This document shows positions 39,581-49,216 of a DNA stretch of 64,000 nucleotides, piece by piece. The notes under the pieces are model-generated. The model was given only the letters and a program-made list of their open reading frames with translations, was not told the DNA's origin and made no database searches. The translations under genes and the position numbers were made by a program. Origin of the DNA: an uncultured bacterium (GTDB lineage Bacteria; Nitrospirota; Nitrospiria; Nitrospirales; Nitrospiraceae); contig CBDDRB010000021.1 of NCBI GenBank assembly GCA_965232965.1, forward strand, positions 223,032 through 287,031, in the 5' to 3' direction. How positions within the stretch are numbered: the stretch's first letter is position 1; the number at the start of each line of letters is the position of its first letter.

Positions 39581-40687
39581 CTAGCAACGGGGTTCAATTT
39601 GTGTCAAGGCACGCCCCGCGTATTCGGGTGAGAGATTGCCCAATTGTCCGCAAGCGCCGAGAACGTCTCTCCCACGGCTCTTACGGACAAACACATCGAG
39701 GCCTGCCTGCCGCACGATGGTTTGAAAAACGGAAACGGTGCTTTCCGGTGGGCGATGGAAGGGACTCCCGGGAAATTCATTGAACGGGATCAAATTGATT
39801 TTACATGCGATCCCGCGGACGAGTTTAGTGAGCCGACGAGCATCATCTACGTGATCATTGACTCCGGCCAGCAGCACGTATTCAAAGGTCAGTCGTCGGG
39901 TCGGTGGCAAGGGATAACGGCGACAGGCCGCGATCAATGTTTTGAGCGAGGCGATCCTATTGACGGCCGGCATCAGTCTGGCACGCTGAGCGTCCGTCGT
40001 GGCATTTAGTGAGATCGCAAGATTGACGCCGAGTGGCGCGATATCCTTCATTCGAGCTGCCAGGCCGGCTGTCGAGACTGTCATGCGTCTCGGTGACCAA
40101 CCAAGTCCCCAGGGTTTGTTGGTGAGTCGCCGGATAGCCTCAGTCAAAGCTTCCAGGTTGGCCAAGGGTTCGCCCATTCCCATAAAGACGAGGTTGGTGA
40201 TCCGTTCGCGAGGATCGAGTTGATCTTGGGCACTCAGCACTTGTTCTATGATTTCATGCGATTTCAAATTGCGCTTCAATCCCATCGTGCCGGTCAGACA
40301 GAATCCGCAATCTAATGTGCAGCCCACTTGCGTTGATACACAGAGGGTAAGGCGGTTTTCATCTGGAATCAGCACCGCTTCGACGGTGAGCCCATCGCTG
40401 AGTGTGAGGACAAGTTTTCTCGTGTGATCAATCGATTCAAAGATCGTGCAGTGTCTGGCGCGTGGAATCGTTGTTTGTGAAGCCAGCGCTCTCCGCTCAG
40501 ACTGGCCGAGGTCGGTCATCTGGTCGATATCTTTCGTTCGACGTTGATACAGCCAACGCAAAATTTGATGGGTTCGATAGCGGGGCCACCCCAACCGCTG
40601 CACGAGCCGACCCATTCCTTCTTCATCAAGAGCCAGAAGATTCGTGCTGACTGTGCGTGTCTGAGACGCATCTTTTTCGTGTCGCAT
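39581..40687 (-). CDS. rlmN: 23S rRNA/tRNA adenine-C2 methyltransferase RlmN (radical SAM)
   Basis: 'CVSTQVGCTLDCGFCLTGTMGL' (CxxxCxxC), 'FMGMGEPLAN' and 'INLIPFN'. Confidence 0.92.
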   Translation of the reverse strand: MRHEKDASQTRTVSTNLLALDEEGMGRLVQRLGWPRYRTHQILRWLYQRRTKDIDQMTDLGQSERRALASQTTIPRARHCTIFESIDHTRKLVLTLSDGLTVEAVLIPDENRLTLCVSTQVGCTLDCGFCLTGTMGLKRNLKSHEIIEQVLSAQDQLDPRERITNLVFMGMGEPLANLEALTEAIRRLTNKPWGLGWSPRRMTVSTAGLAARMKDIAPLGVNLAISLNATTDAQRARLMPAVNRIASLKTLIAACRRYPLPPTRRLTFEYVLLAGVNDHVDDARRLTKLVRGIACKINLIPFNEFPGSPFHRPPESTVSVFQTIVRQAGLDVFVRKSRGRDVLGACGQLGNLSPEYAGRALTQIEPRC

Positions 40688-40796
40688 GCGGGCAGCCTAT
40701 CACAGCCGTAAAAAATGGAACAAGGCGCAGGATATTCAGGGGGCTTTGCTGGTAACAGGGAAGGTTCACTGCTATAAAGATAAAGGGAGGCGGCGG

Positions 40797-43073
40797 GTGT
40801 ACGACTATTTTCATCAATGGGCTATAAGAACTCTGATCCTAGCTGCGGCTATTGGTCTCTATCTGTTTGCGTTATCGTTCGAGCAAGTGACTGCCGGTTC
40901 TTTTTCTGCTTCGTTGCCGATTGACAGTGGCGCGTGCGAGAGGGCTGAAGATTGTTTTCAGGCCGCCGCCATGCCGAAAGAACGGCTGGGCAAGGCGCTC
41001 AATAAAGAGCAAGTTCTGCTACTCAAGGTTGAGCGGCTGCAGCGGGTGATGGAGCGATTTCCCTCGACCCTTTGGGCTAAACGTGCGGGACTGCTCTCCG
41101 GAGTGTTGTTGATTGAGCGCGATCCGGCTGTAGCTATGCAATTTCTCCGCACAGCTCAGCGAGACTTTCCGGATTTGGATGACTACATCCGGCTATGGAC
41201 AGGTGAGGCCTTATTGAAACTTGGAAATGCCAAACAGGCAGCGGAGTTGTTCGAAAGCATTCCGCAGGCGTTGCCCGACTCTTATCTGTTGACTAAAGCG
41301 GCGTATCGCACAGGGGAGGCGTGGTATCAGGCGTCCAGTTGTCCTGAAGCGACGGCGTGGTTTGCAAAGGCGGTGCAATTAAATGATAAGGACCCCGGAA
41401 CTCCAGGGGCATTACTTCGGAAAAGTGCTTGCCAGCTGCGAGACAACAATATGCGGGAAGGTCGTGAGACATTGGTGCAGCTCTGGCTTCGATTCCCATA
41501 CAGTGCAGAGGCGAAAGAAGCGGAGATATTGTTGGCCTCCAATCTTGGCGGCGAGCCTTGGGTGGTGCAGCCAAGCGAACGGTTTGTCCGTGCTCAGATG
41601 TATCTCGGACAATCCTTCCATACCGAGGCGATCGAAGAACTCCGAAAATTTCTTGCGGCTGATCCGCAGTCGTCTCGTCGTAGCGAGGCAAAGCTGAAGC
41701 TCGGCATCGCGCAGGTACGGCTGAAACAATACGACCAAGCTCAAGAGACATTCCGCGCGCTGGTGAAAGATGGGAGCACGGAATCCCGCGAAGCGTCGGT
41801 CTGGCTCGCTCGGGTCTATCTTCGGCAAGGACAAGGGGAGAAGTTGTTGGATCTCGCCCGTACGATAGCGACATCTTCGCTTTCGTCGGAGCAGAAGGGG
41901 CAAATCACGTTGTTCGCCGGGATGTGGTTAGAAGATCAGAACCGCTTTGACGAAGCGATCATACAGTATCGACAGGTGGCAAAGGCCGGAGAGCCGGTGG
42001 CTCAACGAGCCGAAGCCCGATGGCGCGTAGGTTGGGTCAATTATCGTGTGGCACGCTATCGTGATGTCGGTGACGAGCTCCGTCAACTCGGTGATCAGCG
42101 TGACAACGATTTTGAGCCGCAGGCGCTCTATTGGATGGGACGCGCCGCTGAATTGAGCCAGCAGCCTCATGCTCGAGATGTGTATGCGCAACTTTGTCAG
42201 CAATACGTCTACACCTATTACTGCCAGCTTGCTCGCGAGCGGGTTGATATTTCGTTGCCGGAGCGCCCTGCATCCGAACCGGTTTCGACGACCGTACCGA
42301 TGAATGCTGGCACGCCAACGAATGGTGAGGCCACCCGTGCGGTGTCTCCCCGGGCAGAAATCGAACAACAACCGGCATACCGTCGCGCCATTGAACTCAA
42401 GACGCTGGGATTGGAATCGGATGCTGTGCGTGAGTTGACCGGGTTGACCGAACGATATAGCCGAGACCCCGATGTTCTGATGGCCCTTGCGACGATGCTG
42501 AATGAGGTAGGTGCCTACCACCATGCACTTCGACTCGTAAGGGCCAGGTTCCGCGATAAGTTGGAGCGAACCGGTGGTATCGTCGATCCGTCGCTATGGA
42601 AGGTGGCCTATCCGACAGGTCTTGTTCCCCTGATCAAAGGTCAGGGTGCGAGTCAAGTCGATCCCTATCTTGTGGCGGCGATCATTCGAGAGGAAAGTCA
42701 GTTCGATCGGCAAGCGGTGTCCCGCGTCGGCGCTATTGGTCTGATGCAGGTGATGCCAGCAACCGCAAATAGTGTGACGCAGCGCCTCGGTCTTCCCGCA
42801 GTCGGACGAGATGATCTCTTCGATCAGGAGACTAATATTCAAATCGGTGTCCGCTACGTTGAACAGTTACTCGAACAATTTTCCGGCAATATTGTGCTGA
42901 CCATTGCCTCATACAATGCAGGGCCAATAGTCGTGAGAAGCTGGATTGCGCTGCACCCTGGAAGAAGTCAGGATGAGTTTATAGAATTGATCCCCTATCA
43001 GGAGACGCGGCAGTATGTGAAGCGTGTGCTTCGGAGTTATCGGGAATACCTTCGGCTAGACAAGGCCTCCTGA
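40797..43073 (+). CDS. slt: Soluble lytic murein transglycosylase (Slt70-like: superhelical TPR-like N-domain plus SLT catalytic domain)
   Basis: 'AIIREESQFDRQAVSRVGAIGLMQVMPATA' and 'ASYNAGP'. GTG at 40797 is preceded by 'agggagg'. The 40686 start would overlap the divergent rlmN start. Confidence 0.85.
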   Translation: MYDYFHQWAIRTLILAAAIGLYLFALSFEQVTAGSFSASLPIDSGACERAEDCFQAAAMPKERLGKALNKEQVLLLKVERLQRVMERFPSTLWAKRAGLLSGVLLIERDPAVAMQFLRTAQRDFPDLDDYIRLWTGEALLKLGNAKQAAELFESIPQALPDSYLLTKAAYRTGEAWYQASSCPEATAWFAKAVQLNDKDPGTPGALLRKSACQLRDNNMREGRETLVQLWLRFPYSAEAKEAEILLASNLGGEPWVVQPSERFVRAQMYLGQSFHTEAIEELRKFLAADPQSSRRSEAKLKLGIAQVRLKQYDQAQETFRALVKDGSTESREASVWLARVYLRQGQGEKLLDLARTIATSSLSSEQKGQITLFAGMWLEDQNRFDEAIIQYRQVAKAGEPVAQRAEARWRVGWVNYRVARYRDVGDELRQLGDQRDNDFEPQALYWMGRAAELSQQPHARDVYAQLCQQYVYTYYCQLARERVDISLPERPASEPVSTTVPMNAGTPTNGEATRAVSPRAEIEQQPAYRRAIELKTLGLESDAVRELTGLTERYSRDPDVLMALATMLNEVGAYHHALRLVRARFRDKLERTGGIVDPSLWKVAYPTGLVPLIKGQGASQVDPYLVAAIIREESQFDRQAVSRVGAIGLMQVMPATANSVTQRLGLPAVGRDDLFDQETNIQIGVRYVEQLLEQFSGNIVLTIASYNAGPIVVRSWIALHPGRSQDEFIELIPYQETRQYVKRVLRSYREYLRLDKAS

Positions 43074-43154
43074 TGGCTATTTCTTGACAAGGTGTAGACA
43101 AGTTTCTATAGTGCGCCACAACCTGTAGGGGTTTATTAAGGAAGAGAGTAAGGG

Positions 43155-43418
43155 ATGGCACTTGATCGATTGGACGCGTTTGAAAGTCGTATTCGAGATC
43201 TCGTGAAGCTCGTTCACGAACTGAAGAGAAAGAATGCGGCCCTTGAAGAGGAATTAAAAGTCGTTCGACAACGACTTGCGGAGAAGGATGATTCGAATCG
43301 ACGATGGGAGCAGGAACGTCTTGATATCAAGTTTCGTATAGAAAAGGTCCTCGGCGATATTGAGTTGTTGGAATGTCTTGAAGAACGCAAGGAGGTGGCC
43401 CTTGACTCAGACCATTGA
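43155..43418 (+). CDS. zapB: ZapB-like coiled-coil cell-division protein
   Basis: 87-aa all-coiled-coil protein ('LVHELKRKNAALEEELKVVRQRLAEK') immediately upstream of, and overlapping, zapA. Confidence 0.5.
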   Translation: MALDRLDAFESRIRDLVKLVHELKRKNAALEEELKVVRQRLAEKDDSNRRWEQERLDIKFRIEKVLGDIELLECLEERKEVALDSDH

Positions 43419-43698
43419 CGTAGAAATCTATGGCCAACGCTACGCGATTCGTGGCGAAGCTGACGAAGCAGATATCCGGCGTCTCGCGAGCTTTGTTGAT
43501 GGCCAGATGCGCCATCTCGCGGAAGGGATGAATACGACGACTCCATCTAAACTTGCCGTGCTGACCGCCCTTAATTTGGCCCATCAGTTGTTTGAGCTTG
43601 AACGGAAGCGTGCCCAAGGTGAGGCGGACGTCGAGCGCCGGGTGAAGTCGCTCATGGAATCGATAGAGGAACAAGTGCCGACCTCGCTCTTTCGCTAG
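43402..43698 (+). CDS. zapA: Cell division protein ZapA
   Basis: 'VEIYGQRYAIRGEADEADIRRLASFVDGQMRHL...LAVLTALNLAHQL' is the ZapA pattern. TTG at 43402 lies 6 nt after 'aaggagg'. Confidence 0.8.
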   Translation: MTQTIDVEIYGQRYAIRGEADEADIRRLASFVDGQMRHLAEGMNTTTPSKLAVLTALNLAHQLFELERKRAQGEADVERRVKSLMESIEEQVPTSLFR

Positions 43699-43705
43699 AT
43701 TCAAC

Positions 43706-43734
43706 TTGCAAAGGAGGGGGGGCTTTGTTATCGT
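43706..43734 (+). promoter_or_regulatory. Sigma70-like promoter (TTGCAA - 17 nt - TATCGT) firing into the 590-nt non-coding gap after zapA
   Basis: The -35 is at 43706-43711, the spacer is 17 nt and the -10 is at 43729-43734. The predicted TSS is near 43741. Confidence 0.3.
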
Positions 43735-44289
43735 AGTCATGTGAGTTGGGACGTAGTGGATTCTACGATTAGGGATACGATTAGGTCATGCTCGAACCGG
43801 TTTAGTAATCCGGGGATACGATGTAATTATCGCGGAATGGATGTAGGTTCTTGATGCTGGCGAAATTGAGACAGTTAGTAGAATGTGTACAAGAGTTCAT
43901 CAACCTCATGTATAACTTCTTCGAGATGTTGAGCAAGCTCATGAAGACCATGGTGCCGTCGAAGGGTGCGGTCTACGGAAACAGCCTGCAGTTGCTTCCT
44001 ATTCGCACGTTCTATCCTCTCATGCGGATGAGCGCCCGCCGACGCGGATGGACTTCGAGCAATCTATCCCGCGCAAGACATACTCATCATCTCAATCCAG
44101 CAAGTCATCCATCCTCGCGAAGTCCGTACTCGGAAGTAGGTCTGTAGACCGTGTTTCCGGCCGTCCTTTTCTAATCCCTCGCTTTCCAGTGCGCCCCCGT
44201 CACATTTGAAGACCGTAGAATAACCGTGTATCAAACAAGGTCCGGGAGCAGAATGCTTCTCGTCTCGCGACTGTAAGGGGGGAGTCCAC

Positions 44290-45858
44290 ATGTCAACCTC
44301 AATTCTTGCCTATCTGTTGGCGGGACTCGTGGGGGGGCTGCTCGGAATCGGTATCTTCGAGCTCATCCGCCGCTCATCGAGCGCCACGAAGAAGGCACAA
44401 GAAGATGAACAGTCCCGCCAGGCCATACAGAATGCGCAGCGGGAGGCGGAGAACATCGTCAAAGAAGCAAAGCTGGAAGCCAAGGATCTTCTCCTGCAAT
44501 CAAAGATGGAAATCGAGAAGGAGCAGAAGGCTAAGATGGCCGAGTATGCAGTCGCAGAAAAGCGTGTGATCCAACGAGATGAGGCCCTTGAAAACCGAAT
44601 CAACGCGATAGATAAACGGGACAGCGAGGTCCAAAAACGAGATCTGGAGCTGTTAAAGAGAGAAGAGAAATTGATGATTAAGGAATCGGCGTGTGCCCGA
44701 GTGGAAAAGGAGCACCGAGAGGCATTAGAACGTATAGCAGGGATTACGGCCGAGGAGGCAAAGAAGCAGTTGATTCAAGAAATGGAAAGTCAAGCGCGGC
44801 TTGAAGCTGTTGGGCATGCCAAGCGAACATTAGAAGAGGCGAGGGAAAATGCGGAGCGGGAAGCACGCGAGATCATTACCAATTCAATTCAAAGAGTCGT
44901 ACGTGATTATGTGTCCGAGTCCACGATTTCCGTGGTGCCGATTCCAAACGACGCGATGAAAGGGCGGATTATCGGGAGGGAAGGACGCAACATTCGTGCG
45001 ATAGAAGCCGCAACCGGGATCGACCTCATTATCGATGAGACGCCTGAAGCCGTCATCGTATCTGGCTTTGATCCATTGCGTCGCGAGATCGCGAAGGTCT
45101 CGCTCGAACGGTTAATGCATGACGGACGCATCCATCCGACGCGAATCGAGGAGATTGTCGAGAAAGTCAAAGTCGATATCGATAAGCTCATGTATGACGA
45201 GGCCGAGAAAATCATCTTTGAGTTGGGACTCTCCGATTTTCACCCGGAGTTGATCAAGGTGCTGGGTCGCCTCAAGTATCGGACCAGCTACGGACAAAAC
45301 AATCTCTATCATTCGCGTGAAGCAGCGTACATCTGCGGCATCATGGCTTCGGAGCTCGGTCTCGACGTGAAGCTGGCAAGGCGGGGAGCGCTACTGCATG
45401 ACATTGGGAAAGCCGTCAGTCATGAAGAGGAAGGCCCGCATGCCATGCTGGGCGCCGAGATTGCCAAGAAGTACGGCGAAAGCGAGAAAATAGTCAATGC
45501 CATTGCAGGACACCACGAACAAGTCGAACCGATCTGTCCGGAGTCGGTGCTGGTTGCTGCAGCTGAAGCGTTATCTGCGGCCAGGCCTGGGGCGAGAAGA
45601 GAAGCATTGGAAACTTACGTAAAACGGCTGGAGAAACTAGAGTCGCTTGCTACGACTATCAAGGGAGTGCAGAAGGCTTACGCCATTCAGGCGGGACGAG
45701 AAATCCGTGTCATCGTGAGACAGGAAGACATCACGGATGCTGAATCGTTCCAATTATCTCGGGATTTGGCGAAGAAGATAGAGCAGGAACTGACCTATCC
45801 CGGTACGATCAGAGTGACCGTGATTCGAGAGAGCCGGTATGTGGAGTATGCCAAGTGA
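44290..45858 (+). CDS. rny: Ribonuclease Y
   Basis: N-terminal TM segment, a long coiled coil, KH domain ('GRIIGREGRNIRAIEAATGIDLIID') and HD domain ('LLHDIGKA...HH'). Confidence 0.95.
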   Translation: MSTSILAYLLAGLVGGLLGIGIFELIRRSSSATKKAQEDEQSRQAIQNAQREAENIVKEAKLEAKDLLLQSKMEIEKEQKAKMAEYAVAEKRVIQRDEALENRINAIDKRDSEVQKRDLELLKREEKLMIKESACARVEKEHREALERIAGITAEEAKKQLIQEMESQARLEAVGHAKRTLEEARENAEREAREIITNSIQRVVRDYVSESTISVVPIPNDAMKGRIIGREGRNIRAIEAATGIDLIIDETPEAVIVSGFDPLRREIAKVSLERLMHDGRIHPTRIEEIVEKVKVDIDKLMYDEAEKIIFELGLSDFHPELIKVLGRLKYRTSYGQNNLYHSREAAYICGIMASELGLDVKLARRGALLHDIGKAVSHEEEGPHAMLGAEIAKKYGESEKIVNAIAGHHEQVEPICPESVLVAAAEALSAARPGARREALETYVKRLEKLESLATTIKGVQKAYAIQAGREIRVIVRQEDITDAESFQLSRDLAKKIEQELTYPGTIRVTVIRESRYVEYAK

Positions 45859-46634
45859 AGGTCCTCTATATTGGCGATATTTTTGGTGAGCCTGGACGCC
45901 GAGCTTTGGCCAGGGCTATTCCCAGGCTGGTGGCCCAGCGGCAAATTGATATCGTGATCGGAAATGGAGAGAACGCGGCCGGTGGGTTCGGTATTACGCC
46001 GGAGCTGGCAGAAGAGCTGTTCGACCTCGGCCTCGCTGTCATTACGACTGGTAATCATGCATGGGATAAGAAAGAAATTCTCGACTATTTCCCCCGGGAG
46101 CCACGACTCCTTCGACCCGCCAATTATCCGAGCGGTGTGCCGGGATATGGAAGTGTGGTGGTCGAATCGGCCGGTGGGGAAAAGCTCGGTGTGCTCCAAC
46201 TCATGGGACGGGCGTACATGCCGACTTTGGACTGTCCTTTTCAGGTGGCGAAGAAAGAATTGGCTGCTCTGAAGCAGCGAACGGTTGCTGTGATTGTCGA
46301 CATGCATGCGGAGGCAACCTCAGAGAAAATGGCGATGGGACACTATCTGGACGGAGAGGTTGTTGCCGTGGTCGGTACCCATACGCACGTGCAAACAGCT
46401 GACGATCAGATCCTTCCGAAGGGGACGGCATATGTAACGGATATCGGAATGACCGGTCCGCTCCATTCCGTAATCGGGGTAAAGAAAGAGTTGGCGATCG
46501 AAAAATTCTTGACCGGGATGCCACGACGCTTTGAAGTGGCCTCTGGTCCCGCTGTCTTTTGCGCGGTGCTGCTCGATCTTGATGCGCGCCTTGGCAAGGC
46601 GCTGTCGATCGAACGAATTCGCATCATTGATTAG
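45855..46634 (+). CDS. ymdB: YmdB-family metallophosphoesterase (TIGR00282; 2',3'-cyclic-nucleotide phosphodiesterase)
   Basis: 'MKVLYIGDIFGEPGR', 'GNGENAAGGFGIT' and 'HAEATSEK...GTHTHVQTAD'. The GTGA start/stop overlap with rny matches the Bacillus arrangement. Confidence 0.9.
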   Translation: MKVLYIGDIFGEPGRRALARAIPRLVAQRQIDIVIGNGENAAGGFGITPELAEELFDLGLAVITTGNHAWDKKEILDYFPREPRLLRPANYPSGVPGYGSVVVESAGGEKLGVLQLMGRAYMPTLDCPFQVAKKELAALKQRTVAVIVDMHAEATSEKMAMGHYLDGEVVAVVGTHTHVQTADDQILPKGTAYVTDIGMTGPLHSVIGVKKELAIEKFLTGMPRRFEVASGPAVFCAVLLDLDARLGKALSIERIRIID

Positions 46635-46718
46635 AGGAGACTCACCACGAGCCTTCAGGAGTTCCCCGACCTCTTTTCCCCTGTCATCCATCCGAAACGA
46701 ATATTATCGGTTTCGGAG

Positions 46719-48029
46719 TTGACGGAGCTGCTTCGTTCCTCAATCGAGGAACAATTTTCGGACATTTACTTGGAAGGTGAACTCTCCAATCTCCGTGCTC
46801 CCGGATCGGGACACGTCTACTGCACCCTCAAAGACAAGACCAGCCAAATCCGTGCGGTGCTATTCAGATCCAGCGCCGTACGACTTCGCTTTGCTTTAGA
46901 AGAGGGGATGCACGTGATCGTGCGGGGACGGCTCACGGTATACGAACCGCGTGGAGAATATCAGATTGTGCTTGATACGGTAGAGCCAAAAGGAATCGGC
47001 GCGTTACAGATCGCATTTGAGCAATTAAAAGAACGATTGACGGTGGAAGGACTCTTCGATCAGGACAAAAAAAAGCCGCTTCCCCCATTTCCTCGGACTG
47101 TGGGTGTGGTCACATCACTCACCGGCGCAGCTATTCGAGATATCTTGGCTGTTCTCCGGCGACGCTGGCCAACGATTCATATTCTCATCGCCCCGGTTCA
47201 AGTCCAGGGTGAGAGCGCAGGCCGTCAGATCGCTCAGGCACTGGCTGATTTGAACGACTGGGGTTCTGTGGATGTCATCATTGTTGGACGAGGCGGAGGA
47301 TCGTTGGAAGATCTGTGGAGTTTCAACGAAGAGATCGTGGTGCGTGCTATTGCCGCTTGCCATGTGCCAGTCGTGTCGGCTGTTGGCCATGAAATCGATG
47401 TGACGCTTGCGGATTTCGCCGCCGACCTCCGGGCGCCGACACCGTCGGCGGCTGCGGAGGCTGTAGTTCCGGTGTTGGCCGAGATGGTAGAACGATTGCG
47501 AGAGCTGACGGTTCGTACGAGACAGGTCATGCTCCGGCATTGTACTTTTGAACGACTGCGGCTTGATGCCGGCATGCGAGGGGTGATGGACATACGGTTT
47601 CGCCTTCAGGAAGCGGCACAGCGGACCGATGATATGGTCGATCGATTGTGTAAAATGGTCTACCAACTGCTTAGAAGTGGGCGTGAACGGGTTCACGAAG
47701 CGCAGCACGATTTATTCGCGCTCAACCCTATTCTCACTATCAAACAAGGTCTGGCGACCGTTCCACACTTCTCGAAACGCCTTGAAAGTCAGATGGGGGT
47801 GGTGTTGGCACAGCATCGTCACCGGATACACGCGATGCTGGCGCAGCTCAATACTCTGAGCCCCTTGGCGATTCTCGGGCGGGGCTATAGTATTCTTCAA
47901 ACCGTCCCGGCTGGTCGAATTCTCCGTCGAGCGAATGATGTGGAGGTCGGACAGGAGATAGAGGCACAATTGACAGGCGGGCGATTGGGCTGCACGGTCA
48001 CGCGTGTGTATGATGACTCCTCAGTTTGA
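46719..48029 (+). CDS. xseA: Exodeoxyribonuclease VII large subunit (start codon uncertain)
   Basis: 'YLEGELSNLRAPGSGHVYCTLKD', 'GVVTSLTGAAIRD', 'IIVGRGGGSLEDLWSFNEE' and 'PVVSAVGHEID'. The first canonical start is the TTG at 46719, but the homology continues upstream. Confidence 0.88.
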   Translation: MTELLRSSIEEQFSDIYLEGELSNLRAPGSGHVYCTLKDKTSQIRAVLFRSSAVRLRFALEEGMHVIVRGRLTVYEPRGEYQIVLDTVEPKGIGALQIAFEQLKERLTVEGLFDQDKKKPLPPFPRTVGVVTSLTGAAIRDILAVLRRRWPTIHILIAPVQVQGESAGRQIAQALADLNDWGSVDVIIVGRGGGSLEDLWSFNEEIVVRAIAACHVPVVSAVGHEIDVTLADFAADLRAPTPSAAAEAVVPVLAEMVERLRELTVRTRQVMLRHCTFERLRLDAGMRGVMDIRFRLQEAAQRTDDMVDRLCKMVYQLLRSGRERVHEAQHDLFALNPILTIKQGLATVPHFSKRLESQMGVVLAQHRHRIHAMLAQLNTLSPLAILGRGYSILQTVPAGRILRRANDVEVGQEIEAQLTGGRLGCTVTRVYDDSSV

Positions 48030-48095
48030 AATCACGATGCGGTCGAGTATAATAAACTGCTAGCTACAACATAATTATTACGAACGAGGACAGCG

Positions 48096-48344
48096 GTGGC
48101 AGTGGTGAAATTTGAACAGGCGATCGCGCGGTTGGAAGTCATCGTCGGTGAGCTGGAAAAAAACGATCTCCCGCTCGACGAGTCGCTCAAGATCTTTGAA
48201 GAGGGCATTCGTCTTTCAAAGAGTTGTCTCAAGATTTTAGAAGAAGCTGAACATAAGGTAGAAGTGCTTGTTCAGGATAAGAACGGCAAGAAACGAATTC
48301 ACGCCTACTCTCCAGACGACGCAGCTGATGAATCGTCCTCGTAA
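48096..48344 (+). CDS. xseB: Exodeoxyribonuclease VII small subunit
   Basis: 'FEQAIARLEVIVGELEKNDLPLDESLKIFEEGIRLSKSC'. GTG start follows 'gagga'. Confidence 0.9.
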   Translation: MAVVKFEQAIARLEVIVGELEKNDLPLDESLKIFEEGIRLSKSCLKILEEAEHKVEVLVQDKNGKKRIHAYSPDDAADESSS

Positions 48345-48404
48345 CTTCCCTACTCCAGGCTTCGGTTGTCATCCATATCCCGATGAGTGGTTTCTCTAGT
48401 CAGT

Positions 48405-49163
48405 ATGGCCCCTCTCTCGCGTCTTCACAAAGAACGGTTGGACTGTGTGCTTGCGGCTCAGGGTCTGGTGCCCAGTCGGGAGGCTGCAGCCAGGACTATC
48501 TTAGCAGGTGGAGTATCGATTAATGGGATGGTGGTGGATAAGCCCGCAAAATTGGTGTCACTGGATGCGCGAATCGAAATCGTGCAGCCTGCGATGTTCG
48601 TCAGTCGATCGGGTGACAAATTGGCTGCAGCACTTGATGCTTTCCGAATTAACGCAAGAGGGGCAATCGGTTTGGATGTTGGATGTTCGACCGGCGGGTT
48701 TACCGACTGTTTATTGCAGCGAGGAGCTATCCGGATCTATGCGATCGATGTCGGCTATGGACAGTTTGCGTGGAAGCTCCGTAAAGATTCGCGTGTTGTC
48801 TTGCTCGAACGGACCAACATTCGGTATGTTGACCGTGCAGCGGTGCCTGAGCCGATCGATTTGGCAGTGATCGACGTTTCTTTCATTTCCCTGACCCTAA
48901 TATTTCCTCCAGTCGTACGCTTGCTCAATAGCTCTGCCGTGGTCGTGGCGTTAGTCAAACCACAGTTTGAAGTCGGTAAGGGGCAAGTAGGACGAGGTGG
49001 CATCGTGCGAGATGATGCACAGCGCGACGCGGTGACCGAGAAGATCATTGCCTGTGCCGCTCGTTTGGGGCTTCAGCCAAAAGGCGTACTCGATTCTCCC
49101 GTGGTAGGACGAAAAGGGAATCGAGAGATTCTTGTTGGGTTTACACGAGGGAAGACAGCTTGA
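48405..49163 (+). CDS. tlyA: TlyA-family rRNA 2'-O-methyltransferase (S4 domain plus FtsJ-like MTase)
   Basis: 'RLDCVLAAQGLVPSREAAARTIL' (S4), 'VSRSGDKLAAALDAF' and 'GLDVGCSTGGFTDCLLQRGA'. Confidence 0.88.
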   Translation: MAPLSRLHKERLDCVLAAQGLVPSREAAARTILAGGVSINGMVVDKPAKLVSLDARIEIVQPAMFVSRSGDKLAAALDAFRINARGAIGLDVGCSTGGFTDCLLQRGAIRIYAIDVGYGQFAWKLRKDSRVVLLERTNIRYVDRAAVPEPIDLAVIDVSFISLTLIFPPVVRLLNSSAVVVALVKPQFEVGKGQVGRGGIVRDDAQRDAVTEKIIACAARLGLQPKGVLDSPVVGRKGNREILVGFTRGKTA

Positions 49164-49216
49164 TCGGGCGGCGGTCGACAGATGATGGTACGAATTCGTA
49201 GGCGATGGGGGTATGC

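Noticed and set aside
43851-44147. 98-aa ORF inside the zapA-rny gap
   Set aside because: It has no RBS and a non-ATG start. The first third is hydrophobic and low-complexity, and the rest is an Arg/Ser/Pro/His-rich string atypical of proteins. The region is better treated as non-coding.
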